Part shown: in pieces, positions 1-14,334 of the stretch
How the letters are laid out: every line of letters starts with the position of its first letter
Position numbering within the stretch: the stretch's first letter is position 1
NCBI GenBank assembly: GCA_040954595.2
Contig: CM082586.2
Coordinates: 11,191,337-11,255,336, forward strand
DNA length: 64,000 bases
Origin: Balanoglossus misakiensis
Lineage: Eukaryota; Animalia; Hemichordata
Direction: 5' to 3'
Program-made: the position numbers and the translations under genes
Notes under the pieces: model-generated
Database searches by the model: none
The model's input: the letters and a program-made list of their open reading frames with translations, nothing else
What the model was told of the DNA's origin: nothing

Positions 1-3000
1 CTGCCCATTAATTTTGAGTGTTTGGTGGGGTCAACCTTTGCGTCAACATTAACCAGAGCACACAGTAACCAGGCCGTAGTGGACAGTGTTCTGCCCATTA
101 ATTTTGAGTGTTTGGTGGGGTCAACCTTTGCGTCAACATTAACCAGAGCACACAGTAACCAGGCCAGAGTGGCCAGTATCGTGCCCATTAATTTTGAGTG
201 TTTGATGGGGGTCAACCTTTGCGTCAACATTAACCAGAGCACACAGTAACCAGGCCGTAGTGGACAGTGTTCTGCCCATTAATTTTGAGTGTTTGGTGGG
301 GTCAACCTTTGCGTCAACATTAACCAGAGCACACAGTAACCAGGCCATAGTGGACAGTGTGCTGCCCATTAATTTTGAGTGTTTGGTGGGGTCAACCTTT
401 GCGTCAACATTAACCAGAGCACACAGTAACCAGGCCGTAGTGGACAGTGTTCTGCCCATTAATTTTGAGTGTTTGGTGGGGTCAACCTTTGCGTCAACAT
501 TAACCAGAGCACACAGTAACCAGGCCGTAGTGGACAGTGTTCTGCCCATTAATTTTGAGTGTTTGGTGGGGTCAACCTTTGCGTCAACATTAACCAGAGC
601 ACACAGTAACCAGGCCGTAGTGGACAGTGTTCTGCCCATTAATTTTGAGTGTTTGGTGGGGTCAACCTTTGCGTCAACATTAACTAGGCCAGAGTGGCCA
701 GTATCGTGCCCATTAATTTTGAGTGTTTGGTGGGGTCAACCTTTGCGTCAACATTAACTAGGCCAGAGTGGCCAGTATCGTGCCCATTAATTTTGAGTGT
801 TTGGTGGGGTCAACCTTTGCGTCAACATTAACTAGGCCAGAGTGGCCAGTATCGTGCCCATTAATTTTGAGTGTTTGGTGGGGTCAACCTTTGCGTCAAC
901 ATTAACCAGAGCACACAGTAACCAGGCCGTAGTGGACAGTGTTCTGCCCATTAATTTTGAGTGTTTGGTGGGGTCAACCTTTGCGTCAACATTAACCAGA
1001 GCACACAGTAACCAGGCCATAGTGGACAGTGTGCTGCCCATTAATTTTGAGTGTTTGGTGGGGTCAACCTTTGCGTCAACATTAACCAGAGCAAACAGTA
1101 ACCAGGCCATAGTGGACAGTGTTCTGCCCATTAATTTTGAGTGTTTGGTGGGGTCAACCTTTGCGTCAACATTAACCAGAGCACACAGTAACCAGGCCGT
1201 AGTGGACAGTGTTCTGCCCATTAATTTTGAGTGTTTGGTGGGGTCAACCTTTGCGTCAACATTAACCAGAGCACACAGTAACCAGGCCGTAGTGGACAGT
1301 GTTCTGCCCATTAATTTTAAGTGTTTGGTGGGGTCAACCTTTGCGTCAACATTAACCAGAGCACACAGTAACCAGGCCGTAGTGGACAGTGTTCTGCCCA
1401 TTAATTTTGAGTGTTTGGTGGGGTCAACCTTTGCGTCAACATTAACCAGAGCACACAGTAACCAGGCCGTAGTGGACAGTGTTCTGCCCATTAATTTTGA
1501 GTGTTTGGTGGGGTCAACCTTTGCGTCAACATTAACCAGAGCACACAGTAACCAGGCCATAGTGGACAGTTTGCTGCCCATTAATTTTGAGTGTTTGGTG
1601 GGGTCAACCTTTGCGTCAACATTAACCAGAGCACACAGTAACCAGGCCGTAGTGGACAGTGTTCTGCCCATTAATTTTGAGTGTTTGGTGGGGTCAACCT
1701 TTGCGTCAACATTAACCAGAGCACACAGTAACCAGGCCGTAGTGGACAGTGTTCTGCCCATTAATTTTGAGTGTTTGGTGGGGTCAACCTTTGCGTCAAC
1801 ATTAACTAGGCCAGAGTGGCCAGTATCGTGCCCATTAATTTTGAGTGTTTGGTGGGGTCAACCTTTGCGTCAACATTAACTAGGCCAGAGTGGCCAGTAT
1901 CGTGCCCATTAATTTTGAGTGTTTGGTGGGGTCAACCTTTGCGTCAACATTAACTAGGCCAGAGTGGCCAGTATCGTGCCCATTAATTTTGAGTGTTTGG
2001 TGGGGTCAACCTTTGCGCCAACATTAACTAGGCCAGAGTGGCCAGTATCGTGCCCATTAATTTTGAGTGTTTGGTGGGGGTCAACCTTTGCGTCAACATT
2101 AACCAGAGCACACAGTAACCAGGCCATAGTGGACAGTGTTCTGCCCTTTAATTTTGAGTGTTTGGTGGGGTCAACCTTTGCATCAACATTAACCAGAGCA
2201 CACAGTAACCAGGCCGTAGTGGACAGTGTTCTGCCCATTAATTTTGAGTGTTTGGTGGGGTCAACCTTTGCGTCAACATTAACCAGAGCACACAGTAACC
2301 AGGCCATAGTGGACAGTGTGCTGCCCATTAATTTTGAGTGTTTGGTGGGGTCAACCTTTGCGTCAACATTAACCAGAGCACACAGTAACCAGGCCGTAGT
2401 GGACAGTGTTCTGCCCATTAATTTTGAGTGTTTGGTGGGGTCAACCTTTGCGTCAACATTAACCAGAGCACACAGTAACCAGGCCATAGTGGACAGTGTT
2501 CTGCCCATTAATTTTGAGTGTTTGGTGGGGTCAACCTTTGCGTCAACATTAACCAGAGCACACAGTAACCAGGCCGTAGTGGACAGTGTTCTGCCCATTA
2601 ATTTTGAGTGTTTGGTGGGGTCAACCTTTGCGTCAACATTAACCAGAGCACACAGTAACCAGGCCATAGTGGACAGTGTGCTGCCCATTAATTTTGAGTG
2701 TTTGGTGGGGTCAACCTTTGCGTCAACATTAACCAGAGCACACAGTAACCAGGCCGTAGTGGACAGTGTTCTACCCATTAATTTTGAGTGTTTGGTGGGG
2801 TCAACCTTTGCGTCAACATTAACCAGAGCACACAGTAACCAGGCCGTAGTGGACAGTGTTCTGCCCATTAATTTTGAGTGTTTGGTGGGGTCAACCTTTG
2901 CGTCAACATTAACTAGGCCAGAGTGGCCAGTATCGTGCCCATTAATTTTGAGTGTTTGGTGGGGTCAACCTTTGCGTCAACATTAACTAGGCCAGAGTGG

Positions 3001-6000
3001 CCAGTATCGTGCCCATTAATTTTGAGTGTTTGGTGGGGTCAACCTTTGCGTCAACATTAACTAGGCCAGAGTGGCCAGTATCGTGCCCATTAATTTTGAG
3101 TGTTTGGTGGGGTCAACCTTTGCGCCAACATTAACTAGGCCAGAGTGGCCAGTATCGTGCCCATTAATTTTGAGTGTTTGGTGGGGGTCAACCTTTGCGT
3201 CAACATTAACCAGAGCACACAGTAACCAGGCCATAGTGGACAGTGTTCTGCCCTTTAATTTTGAGTGTTTGGTGGGGTCAACCTTTGCATCAACATTAAC
3301 CAGAGCACACAGTAACCAGGCCGTAGTGGACAGTGTTCTGCCCATTAATTTTGAGTGTTTGGTGGGGTCAACCTTTGCGTCAACATTAACCAGAGCACAC
3401 AGTAACCAGGCCATAGTGGACAGTGTGCTGCCCATTAATTTTGAGTGTTTGGTGGGGTCAACCTTTGCGTCAACATTAACCAGAGCACACAGTAACCAGG
3501 CCGTAGTGGACAGTGTTCTGCCCATTAATTTTGAGTGTTTGGTGGGGTCAACCTTTGCGTCAACATTAACCAGAGCACACAGTAACCAGGCCATAGTGGA
3601 CAGTGTTCTGCCCATTAATTTTGAGTGTTTGGTGGGGTCAACCTTTGCGTCAACATTAACCAGAGCACACAGTAACCAGGCCGTAGTGGACAGTGTTCTG
3701 CCCATTAATTTTGAGTGTTTGGTGGGGTCAACCTTTGCGTCAACATTAACCAGAGCACACAGTAACCAGGCCAGAGTGGCCAGTATCGTGCCCATTAATT
3801 TTGAGTGTTTGATGGGGGTCAACCTTTGCGTCAACATTAACCAGAGCACACAGTAACCAGGCCGTAGTGGACAGTGTTCTGCCCATTAATTTTGAGTGTT
3901 TGGTGGGGTCAACCTTTGCGTCAACATTAACCAGAGCACACAGTAACCAGGCCATAGTGGACAGTGTGCTGCCCATTAATTTTGAGTGTTTGGTGGGGTC
4001 AACCTTTGCGTCAACATTAACCAGAGCACACAGTAACCAGGCCGTAGTGGACAGTGTTCTGCCCATTAATTTTGAGTGTTTGGTGGGGTCAACCTTTGCG
4101 TCAACATTAACCAGAGCACACAGTAACCAGGCCGTAGTGGACAGTGTTCTGCCCATTAATTTTGAGTGTTTGGTGGGGTCAACCTTTGCGTCAACATTAA
4201 CCAGAGCACACAGTAACCAGGCCGTAGTGGACAGTGTTCTGCCCATTAATTTTGAGTGTTTGGTGGGGTCAACCTTTGCGTCAACATTAACTAGGCCAGA
4301 GTGGCCAGTATCGTGCCCATTAATTTTGAGTGTTTGGTGGGGTCAACCTTTGCGTCAACATTAACTAGGCCAGAGTGGCCAGTATCGTGCCCATTAATTT
4401 TGAGTGTTTGGTGGGGTCAACCTTTGCGTCAACATTAACTAGGCCAGAGTGGCCAGTATCGTGCCCATTAATTTTGAGTGTTTGGTGGGGTCAACCTTTG
4501 CGTCAACATTAACCAGAGCACACAGTAACCAGGCCGTAGTGGACAGTGTTCTGCCCATTAATTTTGAGTGTTTGGTGGGGTCAACCTTTGCGTCAACATT
4601 AACCAGAGCACACAGTAACCAGGCCATAGTGGACAGTGTGCTGCCCATTAATTTTGAGTGTTTGGTGGGGTCAACCTTTGCGTCAACATTAACCAGAGCA
4701 CACAGTAACCAGGCCGTAGTGGACAGTGTTCTGCCCATTAATTTTGAGTGTTTGGTGGGGTCAACCTTTGCGTCAACATTAACCAGAGCACACAGTAACC
4801 AGGCCATAGTGGACAGTGTGCTGCCCATTAATTTTGAGTGTTTGGTGGGGTCAACCTTTGCGTCAACATTAACCAGAGCACACAGTAACCAGGCCAGAGT
4901 GGCCAGTATCGTGCCCATTAATTTTGAGTGTTTGATGGGGGTCAACCTTTGCGTCAACATTAACCAGAGCACACAGTAACCAGGCCGTAGTGGACAGTGT
5001 TCTGCCCATTAATTTTGAGTGTTTGGTGGGGTCAACCTTTGCGTCAACATTAACCAGAGCACACAGTAACCAGGCCATAGTGGACAGTGTGCTGCCCATT
5101 AATTTTGAGTGTTTGGTGGGGTCAACCTTTGCGTCAACATTAACCAGAGCACACAGTAACCAGGCCGTAGTGGACAGTGTTCTGCCCATTAATTTTGAGT
5201 GTTTGGTGGGGTCAACCTTTGCGTCAACATTAACCAGAGCACACAGTAACCAGGCCGTAGTGGACAGTGTTCTGCCCATTAATTTTGAGTGTTTGGTGGG
5301 GTCAACCTTTGCGTCAACATTAACCAGAGCACACAGTAACCAGGCCATAGTGGACAGTGTGCTGCCCATTAATTTTGAGTGTTTGGTGGGGTCAACCTTT
5401 GCGTCAACATTAACCAGAGCACACAGTAACCAGGCCGTAGTGGACAGTGTTCTGCCCATTAATTTTGAGTGTTTGGTGGGGTCAACCTTTGCGTCAACAT
5501 TAACCAGAGCACACAGTAACCAGGCCATAGTGGACAGTGTTCTGCCCATTAATTTTGAGTGTTTGGTGGGGTCAACCTTTGCGTCAACATTAACCAGAGC
5601 ACACAGTAACCAGGCCGTAGTGGACAGTGTTCTGCCCATTAATTTTGAGTGTTTGGTGGGGTCAACCTTTGCGTCAACATTAACCAGAGCACACAGTAAC
5701 CAGGCCATAGTGGACAGTGTGCTGCCCATTAATTTTGAGTGTTTGGTGGGGTCAACCTTTGCGTCAACATTAACCAGAGCACACAGTAACCAGGCCGTAG
5801 TGGACAGTGTTCTACCCATTAATTTTGAGTGTTTGGTGGGGTCAACCTTTGCGTCAACATTAACCAGAGCACACAGTAACCAGGCCGTAGTGGACAGTGT
5901 TCTGCCCATTAATTTTGAGTGTTTGGTGGGGTCAACCTTTGCGTCAACATTAACTAGGCCAGAGTGGCCAGTATCGTGCCCATTAATTTTGAGTGTTTGG

Positions 6001-9000
6001 TGGGGTCAACCTTTGCGTCAACATTAACTAGGCCAGAGTGGCCAGTATCGTGCCCATTAATTTTGAGTGTTTGGTGGGGTCAACCTTTGCGTCAACATTA
6101 ACTAGGCCAGAGTGGCCAGTATCGTGCCCATTAATTTTGAGTGTTTGGTGGGGTCAACCTTTGCGCCAACATTAACTAGGCCAGAGTGGCCAGTATCGTG
6201 CCCATTAATTTTGAGTGTTTGGTGGGGGTCAACCTTTGCGTCAACATTAACCAGAGCACACAGTAACCAGGCCATAGTGGACAGTGTTCTGCCCTTTAAT
6301 TTTGAGTGTTTGGTGGGGTCAACCTTTGCATCAACATTAACCAGAGCACACAGTAACCAGGCCGTAGTGGACAGTGTTCTGCCCATTAATTTTGAGTGTT
6401 TGGTGGGGTCAACCTTTGCGTCAACATTAACCAGAGCACACAGTAACCAGGCCATAGTGGACAGTGTGCTGCCCATTAATTTTGAGTGTTTGGTGGGGTC
6501 AACCTTTGCGTCAACATTAACCAGAGCACACAGTAACCAGGCCGTAGTGGACAGTGTTCTGCCCATTAATTTTGAGTGTTTGGTGGGGTCAACCTTTGCG
6601 TCAACATTAACCAGAGCACACAGTAACCAGGCCATAGTGGACAGTGTTCTGCCCATTAATTTTGAGTGTTTGGTGGGGTCAACCTTTGCGTCAACATTAA
6701 CCAGAGCACACAGTAACCAGGCCGTAGTGGACAGTGTTCTGCCCATTAATTTTGAGTGTTTGGTGGGGTCAACCTTTGCGTCAACATTAACCAGAGCACA
6801 CAGTAACCAGGCCAGAGTGGCCAGTATCGTGCCCATTAATTTTGAGTGTTTGATGGGGGTCAACCTTTGCGTCAACATTAACCAGAGCACACAGTAACCA
6901 GGCCGTAGTGGACAGTGTTCTGCCCATTAATTTTGAGTGTTTGGTGGGGTCAACCTTTGCGTCAACATTAACCAGAGCACACAGTAACCAGGCCATAGTG
7001 GACAGTGTGCTGCCCATTAATTTTGAGTGTTTGGTGGGGTCAACCTTTGCGTCAACATTAACCAGAGCACACAGTAACCAGGCCGTAGTGGACAGTGTTC
7101 TGCCCATTAATTTTGAGTGTTTGGTGGGGTCAACCTTTGCGTCAACATTAACCAGAGCACACAGTAACCAGGCCGTAGTGGACAGTGTTCTGCCCATTAA
7201 TTTTGAGTGTTTGGTGGGGTCAACCTTTGCGTCAACATTAACCAGAGCACACAGTAACCAGGCCGTAGTGGACAGTGTTCTGCCCATTAATTTTGAGTGT
7301 TTGGTGGGGTCAACCTTTGCGTCAACATTAACTAGGCCAGAGTGGCCAGTATCGTGCCCATTAATTTTGAGTGTTTGGTGGGGTCAACCTTTGCGTCAAC
7401 ATTAACTAGGCCAGAGTGGCCAGTATCGTGCCCATTAATTTTGAGTGTTTGGTGGGGTCAACCTTTGCGTCAACATTAACTAGGCCAGAGTGGCCAGTAT
7501 CGTGCCCATTAATTTTGAGTGTTTGGTGGGGTCAACCTTTGCGTCAACATTAACCAGAGCACACAGTAACCAGGCCGTAGTGGACAGTGTTCTGCCCATT
7601 AATTTTGAGTGTTTGGTGGGGTCAACCTTTGCGTCAACATTAACCAGAGCACACAGTAACCAGGCCATAGTGGACAGTGTGCTGCCCATTAATTTTGAGT
7701 GTTTGGTGGGGTCAACCTTTGCGTCAACATTAACCAGAGCACACAGTAACCAGGCCGTAGTGGACAGTGTTCTGCCCATTAATTTTGAGTGTTTGGTGGG
7801 GTCAACCTTTGCGTCAACATTAACCAGAGCACACAGTAACCAGGCCATAGTGGACAGTGTGCTGCCCATTAATTTTGAGTGTTTGGTGGGGTCAACCTTT
7901 GCGTCAACATTAACCAGAGCACACAGTAACCAGGCCAGAGTGGCCAGTATCGTGCCCATTAATTTTGAGTGTTTGATGGGGGTCAACCTTTGCGTCAACA
8001 TTAACCAGAGCACACAGTAACCAGGCCGTAGTGGACAGTGTTCTGCCCATTAATTTTGAGTGTTTGGTGGGGTCAACCTTTGCGTCAACATTAACCAGAG
8101 CACACAGTAACCAGGCCATAGTGGACAGTGTGCTGCCCATTAATTTTGAGTGTTTGGTGGGGTCAACCTTTGCGTCAACATTAACCAGAGCACACAGTAA
8201 CCAGGCCGTAGTGGACAGTGTTCTGCCCATTAATTTTGAGTGTTTGGTGGGGTCAACCTTTGCGTCAACATTAACCAGAGCACACAGTAACCAGGCCGTA
8301 GTGGACAGTGTTCTGCCCATTAATTTTGAGTGTTTGGTGGGGTCAACCTTTGCGTCAACATTAACCAGAGCACACAGTAACCAGGCCGTAGTGGACAGTG
8401 TTCTGCCCATTAATTTTGAGTGTTTGGTGGGGTCAACCTTTGCGTCAACATTAACTAGGCCAGAGTGGCCAGTATCGTGCCCATTAATTTTGAGTGTTTG
8501 GTGGGGTCAACCTTTGCGTCAACATTAACTAGGCCAGAGTGGCCAGTATCGTGCCCATTAATTTTGAGTGTTTGGTGGGGTCAACCTTTGCGTCAACATT
8601 AACTAGGCCAGAGTGGCCAGTATCGTGCCCATTAATTTTGAGTGTTTGGTGGGGTCAACCTTTGCGTCAACATTAACCAGAGCACACAGTAACCAGGCCG
8701 TAGTGGACAGTGTTCTGCCCATTAATTTTGAGTGTTTGGTGGGGTCAACCTTTGCGTCAACATTAACCAGAGCACACAGTAACCAGGCCGTAGTGGACAG
8801 TGTGCTGCCCATTAATTTTGAGTGTTTGGTGGGGTCAACCTTTGCGTCAACATTAACCAGAGCACACAGTAACCAGGCCATAGTGGACAGTGTTCTGCCC
8901 ATTAATTTTGAGTGTTTGGTGGGGTCAACCTTTGCGTCAACATTAACCAGAGCACACAGTAACCAGGCCGTAGTGGACAGTGTTCTGCCCATTAATTTTG

Positions 9001-12000
9001 AGTGTTTGGTGGGGTCAACCTTTGCGTCAACATTAACCAGAGCACACAGTAACCAGGCCGTAGTGGACAGTGTTCTGCCCATTAATTTTGAGTGTTTGGT
9101 GGGGTCAACCTTTGCGTCAACATTAACCAGAGCACACAGTAACCAGGCCATAGTGGACAGTGTTCTGCCCATTAATTTTGAGTGTTTGGTGGGGTCAACC
9201 TTTGCGTCAACATTAACCAGAGCACACAGTAACCAGGCCGTAGTGGACAGTGTTCTGCCCATTAATTTTGAGTGTTTGGTGGGGTCAACCTTTGCGTCAA
9301 CATTAACCAGAGCACACAGTAACCAGGCCATAGTGGACAGTGTGCTGCCCATTAATTTTGAGTGTTTGGTGGGGTCAACCTTTGCGTCAACATTAACCAG
9401 AGCACACAGTAACCAGGCCGTAGTGGACAGTGTTCTGCCCATTAATTTTGAGTGTTTGGTGGGGTCAACCTTTGCGTCAACATTAACCAGAGCACACAGT
9501 AACCAGGCCATAGTGGACAGTGTGCTGCCCATTAATTTTGAGTGTTTGGTGGGGTCAACCTTTGCGTCAACATTAACCAGAGCACACAGTAACCAGGCCG
9601 TAGTGGACAGTGTTCTGCCCATTAATTTTGAGTGTTTGGTGGGGTCAACCTTTGCGTCAACATTAACCAGAGCACACAGTAACCAGGCCGTAGTGGACAG
9701 TGTTCTGCCCATTAATTTTGAGTGTTTGGTGGGGTCAACCTTTGCGTCAACATTAACTAGGCCAGAGTGGCCAGTATCGTGCCCATTAATTTTGAGTGTT
9801 TGGTGGGGTCAACCTTTGCGTCAACATTAACTAGGCCAGAGTGGCCAGTATCGTGCCCATTAATTTTGAGTGTTTGGTGGGGTCAACCTTTGCGTCAACA
9901 TTAACTAGGCCAGAGTGGCCAGTATCGTGCCCATTAATTTTGAGTGTTTGGTGGGGTCAACCTTTGCGTCAACATTAACCAGAGCACACAGTAACCAGGC
10001 CGTAGTGGACAGTGTTCTGCCCATTAATTTTGAGTGTTTGGTGGGGTCAACCTTTGCGTCAACATTAACCAGAGCACACAGTAATCAGGCCGTAGTGGAC
10101 AGTGTGCTGCCCATTAATTTTGAGTGTTTGGTGGGGTCAACCTTTGCGTCAACATTAACCAGAGCACACAGTAACCAGGCCATAGTGGACAGTGTTCTGC
10201 CCATTAATTTTGAGTGTTTGGTGGGGTCAACCTTTGCGTCAACATTAACCAGAGCACACAGTAACCAGGCCGTAGTGGACAGTGTTCTGCCCATTAATTT
10301 TGAGTGTTTGGTGGGGTCAACCTTTGCGTCAACATTAACTAGGCCAGAGTGGCCAGTATCGTGCCCATTAATTTTGAGTGTTTGGTGGGGGTCAACCTTC
10401 GCGTCAACATTAACCAGAGCACACAGTAACCAGGCCGTAGTGGACAGTGTTCTGCCCATTAATTTTGAGTGTTTGGTGGGGTCAACCTTTGCGTCAACAT
10501 TAACTAGGCCAGAGTGGCCAGTATCGTGCCCATTAATTTTGAGTGTTTGGTGGGGTCAACCTTTGCGTCAACATTAACTAGGCCAGAGTGGCCAGTATCA
10601 TGCCCATTAATTTTGAGTGTTAGGTGGGGTCAACCTTTGCGTCAACATTAACTAGGCCAGAGTGGCCAGTATCCTGCCCATTAATTTTGAGTGTTTGGTG
10701 GGGTCAACTATTGCATCAACATTAACCAGGCCAGAGTGGCCAGTGTCGTGCCCATTAATTTTGAGTTTTTGGTGGGGTCAACCTTGGCATCAACATTAAC
10801 TAGGCCAGAGTGGCCAGTATCGTGCCCATTAATTTTGAGTGTTTGGTGGGGTCAACCTTTGCGTCAACATTAACTAGGCCAGAGTGGCCAGTATCGTGCC
10901 CATTAATTTTGAGTGTTTGGTGGGGGTCAACCTTTGCGTCAACATTAACCAGAGCACACAGTAACCAGGCCGTAGTGGACAGTGTTCTGCCCATTAATTT
11001 TGAGTGTTTGGTGGGGTCAACCTTTGCGTCAACATTAACCAGAGCACACAGTAACCAGGCCTTAGTGGACAGTGTGCTGCCCATTAATTTTGAGTGTTTG
11101 GTGGGGTCAACCTTTGCGTCAACATTAACCAGAGCACACAGTAACCAGGCCATAGTGGACAGTGTTCTGCCCATTAATTTTGAGTGTTTGGTGGGGTCAA
11201 CCTTTGCGTCAACATTAACCAGAGCACACAGTAACCAGGCCGTAGTGGACAGTGTTCTGCCCATTAATTTTGAGTGTTTGGTGGGGTCAACCTTTGCGTC
11301 AACATTAACCAGAGCACACAGTAACCAGGCCGTAGTGGACAGTGTTCTGCCCATTAATTTTGAGTGTTTGGTGGGGTCAACCTTTGCGTCAACATTAACC
11401 AGAGCACACAGTAACCAGGCCATAGTGGACAGTGTTCTGCCCATTAATTTTGAGTGTTTGGTGGGGTCAACCTTTGCGTCAACATTAACCAGAGCACACA
11501 GTAACCAGGCCATAGTGGACAGTATGCTGCCCATTGATTTTGAGTGTTTGGTGGCGTCAACCTTTGCGTCAACATTAACCAGAGCACACAATAACCAGGC
11601 CGTAGTGGACAGTGTTCTGCCCATTAATTTTGAGTGTTTGGTGGGGTCAACCTTTGCGTCAACATTAACCAGAGCACACAGTAACCAGGCCATAGTGGAC
11701 AGTGTTCTGCCCATTAATTTTGAGTGTTTGGTGGGGTCAACCTTTGCGTCAACATTAACCAGAGCACACAGTAACCAGGCCGTAGTGGACAGTGTTCTGC
11801 CCATTAATTTTGAGTGTTTGGTGGGGTCAACCTTTGCGTCAACATTAACTAGGCCAGAGTGGCCAGTATCCTGCCCATTAATTTTGAGTGTTTGGTGGGG
11901 TCAACCTTTGCATCAACATTAACCAGAGCACACAGTAACCAGGCCATAGTGGACAGTGTTCTGCCCATTAATTTTGAGTGTTTGGTGGGGTCAACCTTTG

Positions 12001-12410
12001 CATCAACATTAACCAGAGCACACAGTAACCAGGCCGTAGTGGACAGTGTGCTGCCCATTAATTTTGAGTGTTTGGTGGGGTCAACCTTTGCGTCAACATT
12101 AACCAGAGCACACAGTAACCAGGCCATAGTGGACAGTATGCTGCCCATTGATTTTGAGTGTTTGGTGGGGTCAACCTTTGCGTCAACATTAACTAGGCCA
12201 GAGTGGCCAGTATCGTGCCCATTAATTTTGAGTGTTTGGTGGGGGTCAACCTTTGCGTCAACATTAACTAGGCCAGAGTGGCCAGTATGCTGCCTATTAA
12301 TTTTGAGTGTTTGGTGGGGTCAACCTTTGCGTCAACATTAAGCAGGCCAGACAGTAACCAGGCCAGAGTGGACAGTATCCTGCCTATTAATTTTGAGTGA
12401 TTTGTGGGTC
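1..12410. repeat. Satellite array of 90-bp (A) and 74-bp (B) monomers with higher-order repeats
   Basis: The monomer ctgcccattaattttgagtgtttggtggggtcaacctttgcgtcaacattaaccagagcacacagtaaccaggccgtagtggacagtgtt recurs every 90 bp. The B variant lacks cagagcacacagtaac and has a distinct 3' part (period 74, e.g. 685 to 759). The array degenerates at about 12340-12410 and runs off the window start. Confidence 0.98.
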
Positions 12411-13354
12411 AATTTGATCAAATACTGCCTACCGCTGGCGCTGCATATTTGAAGAAATGTGAAAAGATGGCAAGACAGGTTTGGTAAATGTGGGCCCCCT
12501 AACTGAAGCAAAAGCACAAACTTAAAACAAAGATATGAATTTGGAAGAGTTTTATTTATTACATATGAAAAATAATGAAGACTTATGCTTCAAAGTAAGT
12601 ATCGACGGAGTCGAACCGCCAATGCTGCAATGGCATTATACCCATAATACTTTTTTGCTTTTTGCATGAATTTCATTATTTTTCATATGCTGTGCAGCTA
12701 AAGTGTGGCTAGATGGCTAACTGCTGATGTAAAATATCTTGCATACCAATTTGGAACAATTACCCCAAGTAGTGGTCAAACAGAAACAATGCTTGCATTC
12801 AATTTAAAACAAGGTGACAAAAGTGGTTGAAATGAAACAATAAGCAAAAACAGTGTTTATCAAACTGAAATAATGTGGTCGAAATGAAACAATGAGCAAA
12901 AACAGTGTTTATCAAACTGAAATAATGTGCCAAAATAGCTCCTGTTGATATTGCACAAAATTAACTGTTGCATTCTACCCTTGAGTTAATTTTTATTTCC
13001 AGGCAATTATGTGCTTAATACTAAATATTATCTATGGGTACAAACCATCAGTTTCTTAAGTGCAAATCGCAAAAAGCTCCCCCATACAATTTTAGTGTTT
13101 TTTTAAATCAAGCAAGATAATTACATACTGTGTGATAAACTAACTAACTTTACGCGCCTGGGGACAGTTAAAAACCTCGAGCCAAATATAAAATGAGGAA
13201 AAACTGCCCCCTCCCCCGTTGTGAATTTTAAAAGGTTGGGGCTCAAACTAACCAGAATTGTCTTGCCGACTCCTATTTTTCTGTGTACATTTTGATGTAT
13301 TGTTGTTACGCGAGATTGAGGATTCGTGTTGATGCGGGAATTACGATGACGAAA

Positions 13355-13550
13355 GCAAAAAATCCATCGGCGAATCAAACGGGCACACGGCGAAATTCCA
13401 TTACACGACGATCCAACTGCGATGAAGAACGCGAACGCGGGTAACGTTGTAAAAAATCCATCGGCGAATCAAACGGGCACACGGCGAAATTCCATTACAT
13501 GACGAGCAACCTGCAATGAAGAACGCGAACGCGGGTAACGCTGCAAAAAA
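13355..13550. repeat. About 94-bp direct repeat, 2 copies plus a partial copy
   Basis: aaaaaatccatcggcgaatcaaacgggcacacggcgaaattccattaca...gaagaacgcgaacgcgggtaacg at about 13357 and 13451. Confidence 0.9.
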
Positions 13551-13979
13551 TCCGCAGACAATTATTACACGAATGCATAGCAACAATTATTTTACCCAAC
13601 CTGACACTAATAAATTACCCAATGATTTTAAATTTCTTATTATTACACCCCAACTAATCATTATACCTTTGTAATATTAACACCGTTTATACACATCCCA
13701 TAATGTTTATACCATCAAGTTAATACCATTTTATTATTATTATACCACCAAAACCATGTGTTACCCAATTTTTTTATTATTACACCATTGATGTTAACAC
13801 CTTTATATATTATACCGGTATTTACCCTCTGTACATGTACAGTTTTTTATTTACCACGTGGCATTACTCATGTTTTTATAGTATTTTAATTACTTATCAT
13901 ACCCTTGAAACCATAATATTATACCCTTGCAGACAGTTTTATTATAGTACCCTTGTGCACAATGTCTTATTAGTCATCA

Positions 13980-14155
13980 TACACCAACCCTTCACCATTT
14001 CATTAGATTATACCATTTTTATTAGCCTAACCTGTTTATACACCAACCCTTCACCATTCCGTTAGATTATACCATTTTTTATTACCCTAACATATTCATA
14101 CACCAACCCTTTACCATTCCCTCAGATTAAACCATTTTTATTAGCCTAACCTATT
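13980..14155. repeat. About 59-bp tandem repeat, 3 copies
   Basis: caccaacccttcaccatt...gattataccattttt(t)attagcctaac at about 13982, 14041 and 14101. Confidence 0.85.
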
Positions 14156-14334
14156 GACAGCATCCCTCTGGTTTTGATATTGTTATCTGGTGCGGCGTTG
14201 TTGTAGATATTGATTAGACTCCCTCCGGCGATGATAATACCAATGAACCTATTGAAAAAAAAGAATGAATATTATTAATTAGATCAGATCAACAAATCAT
14301 GGCGTCGTTCATCCCTCTGGTCACAGGAGCATCA

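Noticed and set aside
22-12341. Long ORFs on both strands with 30-aa repeats
   Set aside because: By-product of a stop-free 90-bp monomer. Frames break at the 74-bp monomers and at single-G insertions, and there is no unique coding flank.
1-12410. CRISPR-like repeat/spacer appearance
   Set aside because: The 'spacers' are only two recurring variants, there are no cas genes, and the context is eukaryotic.
12600-12622. tRNA B-box-like GGTTCGACTCC on the minus strand
   Set aside because: No cloverleaf or A-box could be built.
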